DNA of 36,387 bases from the NCBI GenBank assembly GCA_017467985.1, contig JAFUJY010000304.1, positions 1 through 36,387 of the forward strand, written 5' to 3'. The notes below the pieces were generated by a model. It worked only from the letters and a program-made list of their open reading frames with translations. It had not been told where the DNA came from and did no database searches. This stretch comes from Bacillota bacterium. GTDB lineage: Bacteria; Bacillota; Clostridia; Lachnospirales; Bianqueaceae. The position numbers were made by a program, and so were the translations under genes. Shown here in pieces: positions 24,770 to 31,908 of the stretch (the stretch's first letter is position 1; every line of letters begins with the position of its first letter).

Positions 24770-25615
24770 ATGAAAAAATTATTCGCATTCGTACTGACCA
24801 TTATTATTGCTCTGACTACTCTGGCCGGCTGCTCCGGTTCCGACAAAATCACCATCGCTATCCCCAACGACACCACCAATGAGGCTCGCGCCCTGCTGCT
24901 GTTGGAGGATCTGGGTTATATCACCCTAAAAGAGGGTGCAGGCATCACCGCCACCATTCTGGATATCGCCCAGAACCCTTACGACATCCAGTTTAAAGAA
25001 GTAGAAGCGGCACAGCTGCCCAATGTTCTGCAAGACGTGGACTTTGCTGTAATCAACTCCAACTATGCCATTGATGCCGGTCTCAACCCCACCAGTGATG
25101 CTCTGGGCATTGAAGGTTCTTCTTCTGCCTACAGTAATATCCTGGCCGTAAAGGAAGGCAATGAAGACTCTGATATTATCAAAGCTCTGGCCGCCGCGCT
25201 CAAGAGTCAGCAGGTGGCTGATTTCATCGCCTCCGAATATGACGGCGCCGTGGTTTCTGTTGTGGATGAACCCACCGACGGCTATGATCCCACTCTCGAC
25301 TACTCCGCTCTGGCAGGTCAGACCGTTACCGTTGCTGCCTCTCCCGCACCCCACGCCGAGATTCTGGCCATCGTTAAAGAAATCCTGGCCGCTAAGGACA
25401 TCACCCTGGACATCAAAGAATTCACAGACTATGTTCAGCCCAACAACGTGGTAGAAAGCGGCGAAATCGACGCCAACTACTTCCAGCACGCCCCCTATCT
25501 GGATGATTTCAATGCCCAGAATGGTACCCACATCGTCTCTGCTGCTGTCATTCACGTGGAGCCCCTGGGCATCTATGGCGGCAAGCAGACATCTCTGGAT
25601 GCAATTAAAAAGTAA
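24770..25615 (+). CDS. metQ: Methionine ABC transporter substrate-binding lipoprotein (MetQ/NlpA family)
   Basis: The true start MKKLFAFVLTIIIALTTLAGCSGS (lipobox LAGC) follows AAAAAGGAG. The track ORF start at 24677 is an upstream extension. The body is NlpA-like. Confidence 0.9.
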   Translation: MKKLFAFVLTIIIALTTLAGCSGSDKITIAIPNDTTNEARALLLLEDLGYITLKEGAGITATILDIAQNPYDIQFKEVEAAQLPNVLQDVDFAVINSNYAIDAGLNPTSDALGIEGSSSAYSNILAVKEGNEDSDIIKALAAALKSQQVADFIASEYDGAVVSVVDEPTDGYDPTLDYSALAGQTVTVAASPAPHAEILAIVKEILAAKDITLDIKEFTDYVQPNNVVESGEIDANYFQHAPYLDDFNAQNGTHIVSAAVIHVEPLGIYGGKQTSLDAIKK

Positions 25616-25623
25616 ATAAAGCA

Positions 25624-25661
25624 CAGCAGTCCGGCAGGATTTGAGTTCTGTCGGACTGCTG
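25624..25661 (+). other. Intercistronic stem-loop between metQ and metN (no U-tract)
   Basis: A 14-bp stem CAGCAGTCCGGCAG (25624-25637) / CTGTCGGACTGCTG (25648-25661) with one G-U pair and a 10-nt loop. It lies directly before the metN SD GGAGG. It resembles the mRNA-stabilising hairpins seen after binding-protein genes. Confidence 0.6.
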
Positions 25662-25672
25662 ATGGAGGAAAT

Positions 25673-26410
25673 ATGATTGAAATTAAGAACGTATTCAAAT
25701 CCTTTGATACTGCCGAAGGCACAGTAGAGGCATTAAAAAATGTATCCCTCTCCATCCCCGACGGCGACATCTTCGGAATCATCGGCATGAGCGGTGCCGG
25801 TAAAAGCACCCTGGTCCGATGTATTAACATGCTAGAACGACCGGACTCCGGCTCTGTTATTATTGATGGCCGCGACCTGACCACCCTCTCTGAGCTTCAG
25901 CTTCGCAGCATTCGACGGGAGGTCACCATGATTTTTCAGGGCTTTAACCTGCTTATGCAGCGTAACTGCCTGAAAAATGTATGCTTTCCCCTGGAACTTT
26001 CCGGTATGAAAAAAGCAGCAGCTACCCAGCGAGCCATGGAACTTCTGGACATTGTGGGTCTTAAGGACAAGGCCAAGGCCTATCCCGCCCAGCTTTCAGG
26101 TGGGCAGCAGCAGCGCGTAGCCATCGCCCGTGCCCTGGCCACCAACCCCAAGGTATTGCTGTGCGACGAAGCTACCAGTGCCCTGGACCCCAATACCACC
26201 AATTCCATTTTGGAACTCATCCGAAACATCAATCAACAACTGGGGATTACCGTCGTCATCATCACCCATCAAATGAGCGTGGTGGAAACCGTCTGCAAAC
26301 ACGTGGCCATTTTGGATGAAGGCCAGATTGTGGAGCAAGGTGACGTCACTGAAGTTTTCTCCCAACCCAAATCCGCCGCGGCCCGCCAGCTGTTGGCCCA
26401 TCGGAGGTAA
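25673..26410 (+). CDS. metN: Methionine ABC transporter ATP-binding protein, short form without a C-terminal NIL domain
   Basis: Walker A GMSGAGKST, signature LSGGQQQRVAIARAL, Walker B VLLCDEATSALD. The protein ends at 245 aa, right after the ABC core. Confidence 0.9.
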   Translation: MIEIKNVFKSFDTAEGTVEALKNVSLSIPDGDIFGIIGMSGAGKSTLVRCINMLERPDSGSVIIDGRDLTTLSELQLRSIRREVTMIFQGFNLLMQRNCLKNVCFPLELSGMKKAAATQRAMELLDIVGLKDKAKAYPAQLSGGQQQRVAIARALATNPKVLLCDEATSALDPNTTNSILELIRNINQQLGITVVIITHQMSVVETVCKHVAILDEGQIVEQGDVTEVFSQPKSAAARQLLAHRR

Positions 26411-26414
26411 TCCC

Positions 26415-27116
26415 ATGCTAGAAAAGTTATTTTCCAACGAAACCGTACAGGAAGCCCTGCAGGTGATCCAAACTCAATTCCCCCTTGCCATCTGGGAAAC
26501 CGTGTATGTCACCCTTCTTTCTTCTTTATTTGCTTTCATCATTGGCTTGCCCTTGGGCGTATTGCTGGTGGTAGGTGAAAAAGATGGTATCATGCCCCTG
26601 CCCACCTGGTTCATGCGCACACTTAACGTAATCATCAACCTTTTCCGTTCCATTCCCTTTTTAATTTTGATGATTCTCGTTTTTCCTTTGACCCGTTTTA
26701 TTGTAGGTACTGTAGTGGGAACCACCGCTACCATCGTCCCCCTGGTCATCGCCGCAGCTCCCTTTGTGGCCCGTCTAGCCGAAACCAGTCTGCGGGAACT
26801 GAACCCCAATATTATTGAAATGGCCCAGAGTATGGGCGCCTCTCCCCTGCAGATTATTATCAAAGTCATGATTCCTGAGAGCATTCCCTCTCTGATCTCC
26901 AACGCCACCACGGCCATCACCACCATTTTAGGCTACTCTGCCATGAGCGGTATCATCGGCGGCGGCGGTTTGGGCAACATTGCCATCAATTACGGTTATT
27001 ACCGTTACAAATATCTAATTATGCTAGCCGCAGTCATTCTTCTGATTTTGCTGGTACAATTATTCCAAAGCGTGGGGACCCGCCTGGCCACCCGCTCTGA
27101 CAAACGCTTGAAATAA
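26415..27116 (+). CDS. metI: Methionine ABC transporter permease
   Basis: The start MLEKLFSNE follows GGAGG, 4 nt after the metN stop (the track start at 26316 is an extension). It has multiple TM segments and an EAA-like loop MAQSMGASPLQIIIKVMIPES. Confidence 0.88.
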   Translation: MLEKLFSNETVQEALQVIQTQFPLAIWETVYVTLLSSLFAFIIGLPLGVLLVVGEKDGIMPLPTWFMRTLNVIINLFRSIPFLILMILVFPLTRFIVGTVVGTTATIVPLVIAAAPFVARLAETSLRELNPNIIEMAQSMGASPLQIIIKVMIPESIPSLISNATTAITTILGYSAMSGIIGGGGLGNIAINYGYYRYKYLIMLAAVILLILLVQLFQSVGTRLATRSDKRLK

Positions 27117-27164
27117 ACAAAAGGCTCACGACATACTTCGTTGAGTCGTCAATATCCATACATC

Positions 27165-27196
27165 TTGGTGTCGCTTTTGCGGCACCAATTTTTTTT
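27165..27196 (+). terminator. Intrinsic terminator of metQNI
   Basis: Stem TTGGTGTCGC (27165-27174) / GCGGCACCAA (27179-27188) with a TTTT loop, followed by a T8 run. Confidence 0.85.
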
Positions 27197-27205
27197 GAAA
27201 AAGCT

Positions 27206-27270
27206 AATAATTACCTTTTGACAAAGTAGGTAATTATTGGTATAATGCATTTACCTACTAAACAAGTAGG
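27206..27270. promoter_or_regulatory. Nested inverted repeats overlapping the metY promoter (candidate repressor operator, possibly for the operon-encoded Rrf2 protein)
   Basis: IR1 is AATAATTACCT (27206-27216) / AGGTAATTATT (27228-27238) and brackets the -35 box. IR2 is AGTAGGTAA (27225-27233) / TTACCTACT (27251-27259) and brackets the -10 box. A third AGTAGG (27265-27270) forms CCTACT-AAACA-AGTAGG. Confidence 0.6.
27218..27246 (+). promoter_or_regulatory. Consensus extended -10 sigma-A promoter of the metY-cysK-nifSU-rrf2 operon
   Basis: TTGACA (27218-27223), 17 nt spacer, TGgTATAAT (TATAAT at 27241-27246). Confidence 0.8.
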
Positions 27271-27285
27271 CATGGAGGTGTAGCA

Positions 27286-27354
27286 ATGGGAAAGGATTTT
27301 GAAAAGCTCGTCAGAGAGAATTTCCGCTTCGGTCGAATGTGTCGATGTAAATAA
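27286..27354 (+). CDS. Conserved 22-codon upstream ORF, copy B (MGKDFEKLVRENFRFGRMCRCK)
   Basis: SD GGAGG lies 7 nt upstream and the ORF ends 56 nt before the metY ATG. It is a paralogue of 24655-24711, and its tail adds Cys-Arg-Cys-Lys after the shared GRM. Confidence 0.7.
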   Translation: MGKDFEKLVRENFRFGRMCRCK

Positions 27355-27410
27355 AGGTTGAATCTTTGTACTGAAAATCTCACATTTATATACGAAAGGA
27401 ACGAATCATT

Positions 27411-28709
27411 ATGTCTAACAATTATAAATTCGAAACACTTCAGCTTCATGTAGGTCAAGAAGAGGCAGATCCCGCAACAGATGCACGCGCCGTGCCGATT
27501 TATGCTACCACATCTTACGTATTTCATGACTCTGCCCATGCGGCAGCCCGCTTTGGCCTGACTGATGCCGGTAATATCTATGGCAGACTTACCAACTCTA
27601 CGCAGGATGTATTTGAAAAGCGCATTGCAGCCCTTGAGGGTGGCGTTGGGGCGTTGGCTCTTGCTTCGGGTGCGGCAGCAATTACTTATGTATTACAGGC
27701 TCTCGGGCAGAACGGCGGACATATCGTAGCCCAAAAGACGATCTACGGCGGAAGCTATAATCTGCTCGCACATACCCTTCCTAACTTTGGTATCACCGCC
27801 AGTTTTGTCAACATCCACGACCTTGCTCAGGTGGAGGCGGCGATCAAGGAGAATACGAGAGCACTCTATATTGAAACCCTCGGCAACCCCAACAGTGACA
27901 TTCCTGACATCGATGCTCTTGCAGAGCTCGCTCATAAGTACGGTCTTCCCCTTGTGGTTGACAACACCTTTGGTACGCCCTATCTCATCCGCCCTATCGA
28001 GCACGGTGCAGATATCGTCGTTCACTCCGCAACCAAGTTTATCGGCGGTCACGGAACGACCCTCGGCGGCGTAATCGTTGACTCAGGTAAGTTTGATTGG
28101 GCAGCATCGGACAAATATCCCGCTATTGCCGCTCCTAATCCTTCCTACCACGGTATATCCTTCGTCAAGGCGGCGGGTGCGGCAGCATTTGTCACCTATA
28201 TCCGCGCGATCCTGCTTCGTGACACGGGCGCATCCATTTCTCCCTTTGCGGCCTTCCTACTTTTGCAGGGAACCGAAACCTTATCCCTCCGGTTGGAACG
28301 CCACGCAGAAAATACCAAAAAGGCAGTAGAATTCCTTACAAAGCATCCACAGGTTGAGAAGGTCAATCATCCCTCCCTTGCAGACCACCCCGACCATGCG
28401 CTTTACCAGCAATATTTCCCCAACGGCGGTGCTTCCATCTTCACCTTTGAAATCAAGGGTGGCCAGGCAGAGGCACATAAGTTTATTGATAACCTCAAGA
28501 TCTTTTCACTTCTCGCCAATGTTGCGGACGTCAAAAGTCTTGTAATTCACCCCGCAACCACCACACACAGCCAGCTCTCCGAACAGGAGCTTTTAGATCA
28601 GGGGATCAAGCCAAACACCATTCGTCTTTCCATCGGAACGGAACATATCGATGATATTATTGCCGATCTGGAAAGAGGATTTGAGGCGGTAAAGAGGGCA
28701 GAATCATGA
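27411..28709 (+). CDS. metY: O-acetylhomoserine sulfhydrylase / aminocarboxypropyltransferase (PLP, Cys/Met metabolism family)
   Basis: [17 protein letters not shown] ... [12 protein letters not shown], and the PLP-lysine motif [11 protein letters not shown]. 432 aa. Confidence 0.9.
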   Translation: MSNNYKFETLQLHVGQEEADPATDARAVPIYATTSYVFHDSAHAAARFGLTDAGNIYGRLTNSTQDVFEKRIAALEGGVGALALASGAAAITYVLQALGQNGGHIVAQKTIYGGSYNLLAHTLPNFGITASFVNIHDLAQVEAAIKENTRALYIETLGNPNSDIPDIDALAELAHKYGLPLVVDNTFGTPYLIRPIEHGADIVVHSATKFIGGHGTTLGGVIVDSGKFDWAASDKYPAIAAPNPSYHGISFVKAAGAAAFVTYIRAILLRDTGASISPFAAFLLLQGTETLSLRLERHAENTKKAVEFLTKHPQVEKVNHPSLADHPDHALYQQYFPNGGASIFTFEIKGGQAEAHKFIDNLKIFSLLANVADVKSLVIHPATTTHSQLSEQELLDQGIKPNTIRLSIGTEHIDDIIADLERGFEAVKRAES

Positions 28710-29638
28710 GCAGAATATATACATCCGCAGATGAATTGATTGGAAAAACTCCCCTTTTGGAACTCACACATATGGAAAAGACCCTTGGACTGAAGGCAAG
28801 AATCCTGGCAAAGCTGGAATATTTTAATCCTGCAGGATCTGTCAAGGACAGAATCGCCAAGGCGATGATCGAAGACGCGGAAGCCTCGAACAAGCTTACC
28901 CCGGGCTCGGTCATCATTGAACCTACCTCGGGTAATACCGGCATCGGACTTGCATCAGTTGCCACCGCTAGGGGATACCGTGTGATACTGATAATGCCCG
29001 AAACCATGTCAGTGGAGCGCAGACAGCTTATGAAAGCCTACGGTGCAGAGCTTGTGCTTACCGAGGGTGCGAAAGGAATGAAGGGCGCAATTGCCAAGGC
29101 CGAAGAACTGGCAGCAGAAATTCCCAACAGCTTCATTCCCGGTCAGTTTGTCAATCCTGCGAACCCCCGGGCCCATCGTGAAACCACAGGTCCTGAAATT
29201 TACGAGGATACTGATGGCGATGTGGATATTTTCGTTGCAGGTGTTGGCACAGGAGGTACGATCACAGGCGTTGGTGAATATCTGAAATCCAGAAAGCCCG
29301 ACATAGAGATCGTCGCCGTTGAGCCGGCAACCTCTGCAGTTCTATCCACAGGTGTTGCCGGAGCCCATAAGATTCAAGGTATTGGTGCAGGCTTTATTCC
29401 TGACGTACTGAATACCCAAATCTATAACGAGATCATCACCGTCCAAAACGAGGATGCTTTTGCCACGGGTAAACTGATTGGTAAGAGCGAAGGCATACTT
29501 GTGGGAATTTCCTCGGGCGCTGCGGCCTATGCGGCGATCGAGCTTGCCAAGCGTTCCGAAAATGAAGGAAAGACTATTGTTGTTCTGCTCCCCGACACGG
29601 GTGACAGATATTTATCCACACCGCTGTTTGCTGACTAA
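28706..29638 (+). CDS. cysK: Cysteine synthase A (O-acetylserine sulfhydrylase)
   Basis: [10 protein letters not shown] (PLP Lys), [10 protein letters not shown] and GTGGTITG. There is a 4-nt ATGA overlap with metY. Confidence 0.92.
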   Translation: MSRIYTSADELIGKTPLLELTHMEKTLGLKARILAKLEYFNPAGSVKDRIAKAMIEDAEASNKLTPGSVIIEPTSGNTGIGLASVATARGYRVILIMPETMSVERRQLMKAYGAELVLTEGAKGMKGAIAKAEELAAEIPNSFIPGQFVNPANPRAHRETTGPEIYEDTDGDVDIFVAGVGTGGTITGVGEYLKSRKPDIEIVAVEPATSAVLSTGVAGAHKIQGIGAGFIPDVLNTQIYNEIITVQNEDAFATGKLIGKSEGILVGISSGAAAYAAIELAKRSENEGKTIVVLLPDTGDRYLSTPLFAD

Positions 29639-29643
29639 AAAGT

Positions 29644-29679
29644 AAGCTCCGATGGTCGTTACGGCGGCTATCGGAGCTT
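29644..29679 (+). other. Intercistronic hairpin between cysK and nifS
   Basis: A 10-bp perfect stem AAGCTCCGAT (29644-29653) / ATCGGAGCTT (29670-29679) with a 16-nt loop. The downstream U-tract (TTAT) is weak, so this could be a partial terminator or a processing/stability element. Confidence 0.5.
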
Positions 29680-29705
29680 TATGAATCATATGAGAGGAGA
29701 TATTT

Positions 29706-30896
29706 ATGAGAATATACGTAGACAACGCCGCCACCACAAAAATAAGTGAGGGGGCAATAAAAACAATGATACCATACATGAATGAAATATATGGTAACCC
29801 CTCAAGCCTTCACTGCGAAGGACAGAGGGCGAATGAAGCCCTTGCGAATGCCCGTGAACGCATTGCTAGGCTTCTGGGCTGCGAGCCAAGAGAGATCACC
29901 TTTACCTCGGGCGGCAGTGAAGCTGATAATCAAGCCATTCTCTCCGCCGCAAGACTTGGCGAGAGAAAAGGAAAAAAGCATATCGTATCCACTGCTTTTG
30001 AGCATCATGCCGTTCTGCACACCCTTGAAAAGCTGGAAAAGCAAGGCTTTGAGGTTACACTTCTTGACGTTCACGAAAATGGACTTGTAAGTGCTGAGCA
30101 GGTATACAATGCGATTCGTGAGGATACCTGCCTGGTGACTGTCATGTACGCCAACAACGAAATCGGTACGATTCAACCCATATCTGAGATTGGAGCAGTT
30201 TGTCACGAAAAAGGTGTAATCTTTCACACCGATGCGGTGCAAGCGGTGGGACATTTACATATCAATGTCCAGGAGCAGCATATCGATATGCTTTCTCTGT
30301 CTGCACACAAATTTCATGGCCCCAAAGGAATTGGTGTACTCTATGCAAGAAAAGGAATACCGCTGACCACTCTGATCGAGGGCGGTGCCCAAGAGAGAGG
30401 CAAGCGTGCCGGAACAGAAAACATCCCTGCAATCATGGGTATGGCCACCGCATTGGAGGAATCGTGCGCCAAGATCCACGAAAACACCCTCAAACTCACT
30501 GCCCTTCGTGACAAGCTGATTCTTGGCCTTTCTCAAATCCCCCATTCTGCCCTTAACGGAGATCATGAACACAGGCTGCCGTCCAATGTCAGCTTCTGCT
30601 TTGAAGGAATTGAAGGCGAATCACTCCTTCTGCTTCTTGACGACAAAGGAATCTGCGCTTCCTCAGGCTCGGCGTGTACTTCAGGCTCCCTCGACCCTAG
30701 CCACGTACTCCTCGCCATAGGCAGAGTACACGACGTTGCCCACGGCTCTTTGCGCCTATCCTTGTCAGAGGAAAATACCGAGGCCGAACTAGAATATATT
30801 CTCGAGTCTGTAAAAGAAGTTGTAGGATATCTTCGCAGTATCTCTCCCATTTGGAGAGACCTCTGCGAAGGCAAAAAGAATTTTATTTTGAAATGA
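29706..30896 (+). CDS. nifS: Cysteine desulfurase (NifS/IscS class)
   Basis: TSGGSEADN, PLP Lys in SAHKFHGPKGIG and the catalytic Cys loop SSGSACTSG. 396 aa. Confidence 0.92.
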   Translation: MRIYVDNAATTKISEGAIKTMIPYMNEIYGNPSSLHCEGQRANEALANARERIARLLGCEPREITFTSGGSEADNQAILSAARLGERKGKKHIVSTAFEHHAVLHTLEKLEKQGFEVTLLDVHENGLVSAEQVYNAIREDTCLVTVMYANNEIGTIQPISEIGAVCHEKGVIFHTDAVQAVGHLHINVQEQHIDMLSLSAHKFHGPKGIGVLYARKGIPLTTLIEGGAQERGKRAGTENIPAIMGMATALEESCAKIHENTLKLTALRDKLILGLSQIPHSALNGDHEHRLPSNVSFCFEGIEGESLLLLLDDKGICASSGSACTSGSLDPSHVLLAIGRVHDVAHGSLRLSLSEENTEAELEYILESVKEVVGYLRSISPIWRDLCEGKKNFILK

Positions 30897-30906
30897 GGTA
30901 TATAAA

Positions 30907-31351
30907 ATGGCATTATATAGTGAAAAAGTAATGGATCATTTCCCGCAACCCGAGAAACGTGGGGGTCATAGAAAACGCTGACGGTATCGGCGAGGTTGGC
31001 AATGCCAAATGCGGAGATATTATGAAGATATATCTAAAAATTGAAAACGATATTATCATCGATGTGAAATTTGAGACTTTCGGCTGCGGCTCTGCCATTG
31101 CTTCAAGCTCTATGGCAACCGAGCTAATCAAAGGCAAACCCGTGTCTGAGGCCCTTGCACTAACAAATAAAGCGGTGGTTGAAGCTCTCGACGGCCTGCC
31201 TGTCCACAAGCTTCACTGCTCCGTGCTTGCCGAAGAAGCCATCAAGGCGGCACTACAGGACTACTATGACAGAAACGGCATCGAATATGATCACGAAATG
31301 TCTTCCGATTGCCTATCTTGCGGACATTGTTGTTCCCAAAAACTTGAATAA
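30907..31351 (+). pseudogene. nifU: NifU/IscU-type Fe-S scaffold with an apparent +1 frameshift (extra C in the CCC run at 30942-30944); possibly a sequencing artefact
   Basis: ATG at 30907 gives MALYSEKVMDHF and then stops at 30979-30981. Removing one C restores HFRNPRNVGVIENADGIGEVGNAKCGD, which continues into the track ORF (30959-31351) with the conserved scaffold Cys residues. Confidence 0.7.
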
Positions 31352-31372
31352 CCTACCAACTTGTGGTATAAT
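31344..31372 (+). promoter_or_regulatory. Candidate internal promoter for the Rrf2 regulator gene
   Basis: TTGAAT (31344-31349), 17 nt spacer, TGgTATAAT (TATAAT at 31367-31372). It overlaps the nifU stop codon. Confidence 0.5.
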
Positions 31373-31401
31373 TAGAAAAACAATGCTTGAAGGAGTAAGT
31401 T

Positions 31402-31812
31402 ATGATCATATCAACAAGAGGAAGATACGCTCTGCGCGTAATGCTTGACCTTGCCGAGAACGGAGGCGACGACTATATCGCTATGAAAAAAATAGCCGAA
31501 AGACAAGGAATTTCACTCAAATATCTGGAACGCATTTTGCCCGTGCTGACACAAAATGAGATCATTGAGGGTGTTCAGGGCAAAGGCGGCGGTTATCGTT
31601 TGACACGTAAGCCCGAAGAATACAAGATTGGCGAAATTCTCCGCTTAACCGAGGGCGATCTTGCACCCGTATCCTGCCTTGAATGTGATGCCAAGCCCTG
31701 TGAAAGGAGCGGTGAGTGCCGCACGCTTCCTATGTGGACGAAGCTTCACGATATGATCGGAGATTATCTTGACAGTGTCACCCTTGCCGATCTTCTCTGT
31801 GGAAGGGCTTGA
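31402..31812 (+). CDS. Rrf2-family transcriptional regulator (CymR/IscR-like, three-Cys cluster ligands)
   Basis: MIISTRGRYALRVMLDLA, the wHTH ISLKYLERIL and GKGGGYRL, plus the Cys triad CLECDAKPCERSGEC. Confidence 0.9.
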   Translation: MIISTRGRYALRVMLDLAENGGDDYIAMKKIAERQGISLKYLERILPVLTQNEIIEGVQGKGGGYRLTRKPEEYKIGEILRLTEGDLAPVSCLECDAKPCERSGECRTLPMWTKLHDMIGDYLDSVTLADLLCGRA

Positions 31813-31818
31813 TCTTGC

Positions 31819-31860
31819 AGAAGAGGCTATGAAAAAATGAATTTTTTCATAGCCTCTTCT
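31819..31860. terminator. Bidirectional terminator / 20-bp palindrome between the rrf2 gene (+) and the GH2 gene (-)
   Basis: AGAAGAGGCTATGAAAAAAT (31819-31838) / ATTTTTTCATAGCCTCTTCT (31841-31860), a perfect complement. Confidence 0.75.
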
Positions 31861-31908
31861 TATTATATCTCAATTATTTCCCCAACCTTGACACCATATT
31901 TTTCCGCC

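Noticed and set aside
24343-24770. Expected an S-box (SAM-I) riboswitch or Met T-box upstream of metQ, and likewise at 27197-27410 upstream of metY.
   Set aside because: By eye I found no S-box core and no T-box motif (AGGGTGGTACCGCG-like) with a specifier stem. The leaders are short and are occupied by translated small ORFs. This needs an Infernal/Rfam scan to be definitive.
27272-27283. Three-codon mini-ORF ATG GAG GTG TAG just before uORF-B.
   Set aside because: It coincides with the GGAGG Shine-Dalgarno of uORF-B, has no SD of its own and has no counterpart before uORF-A.
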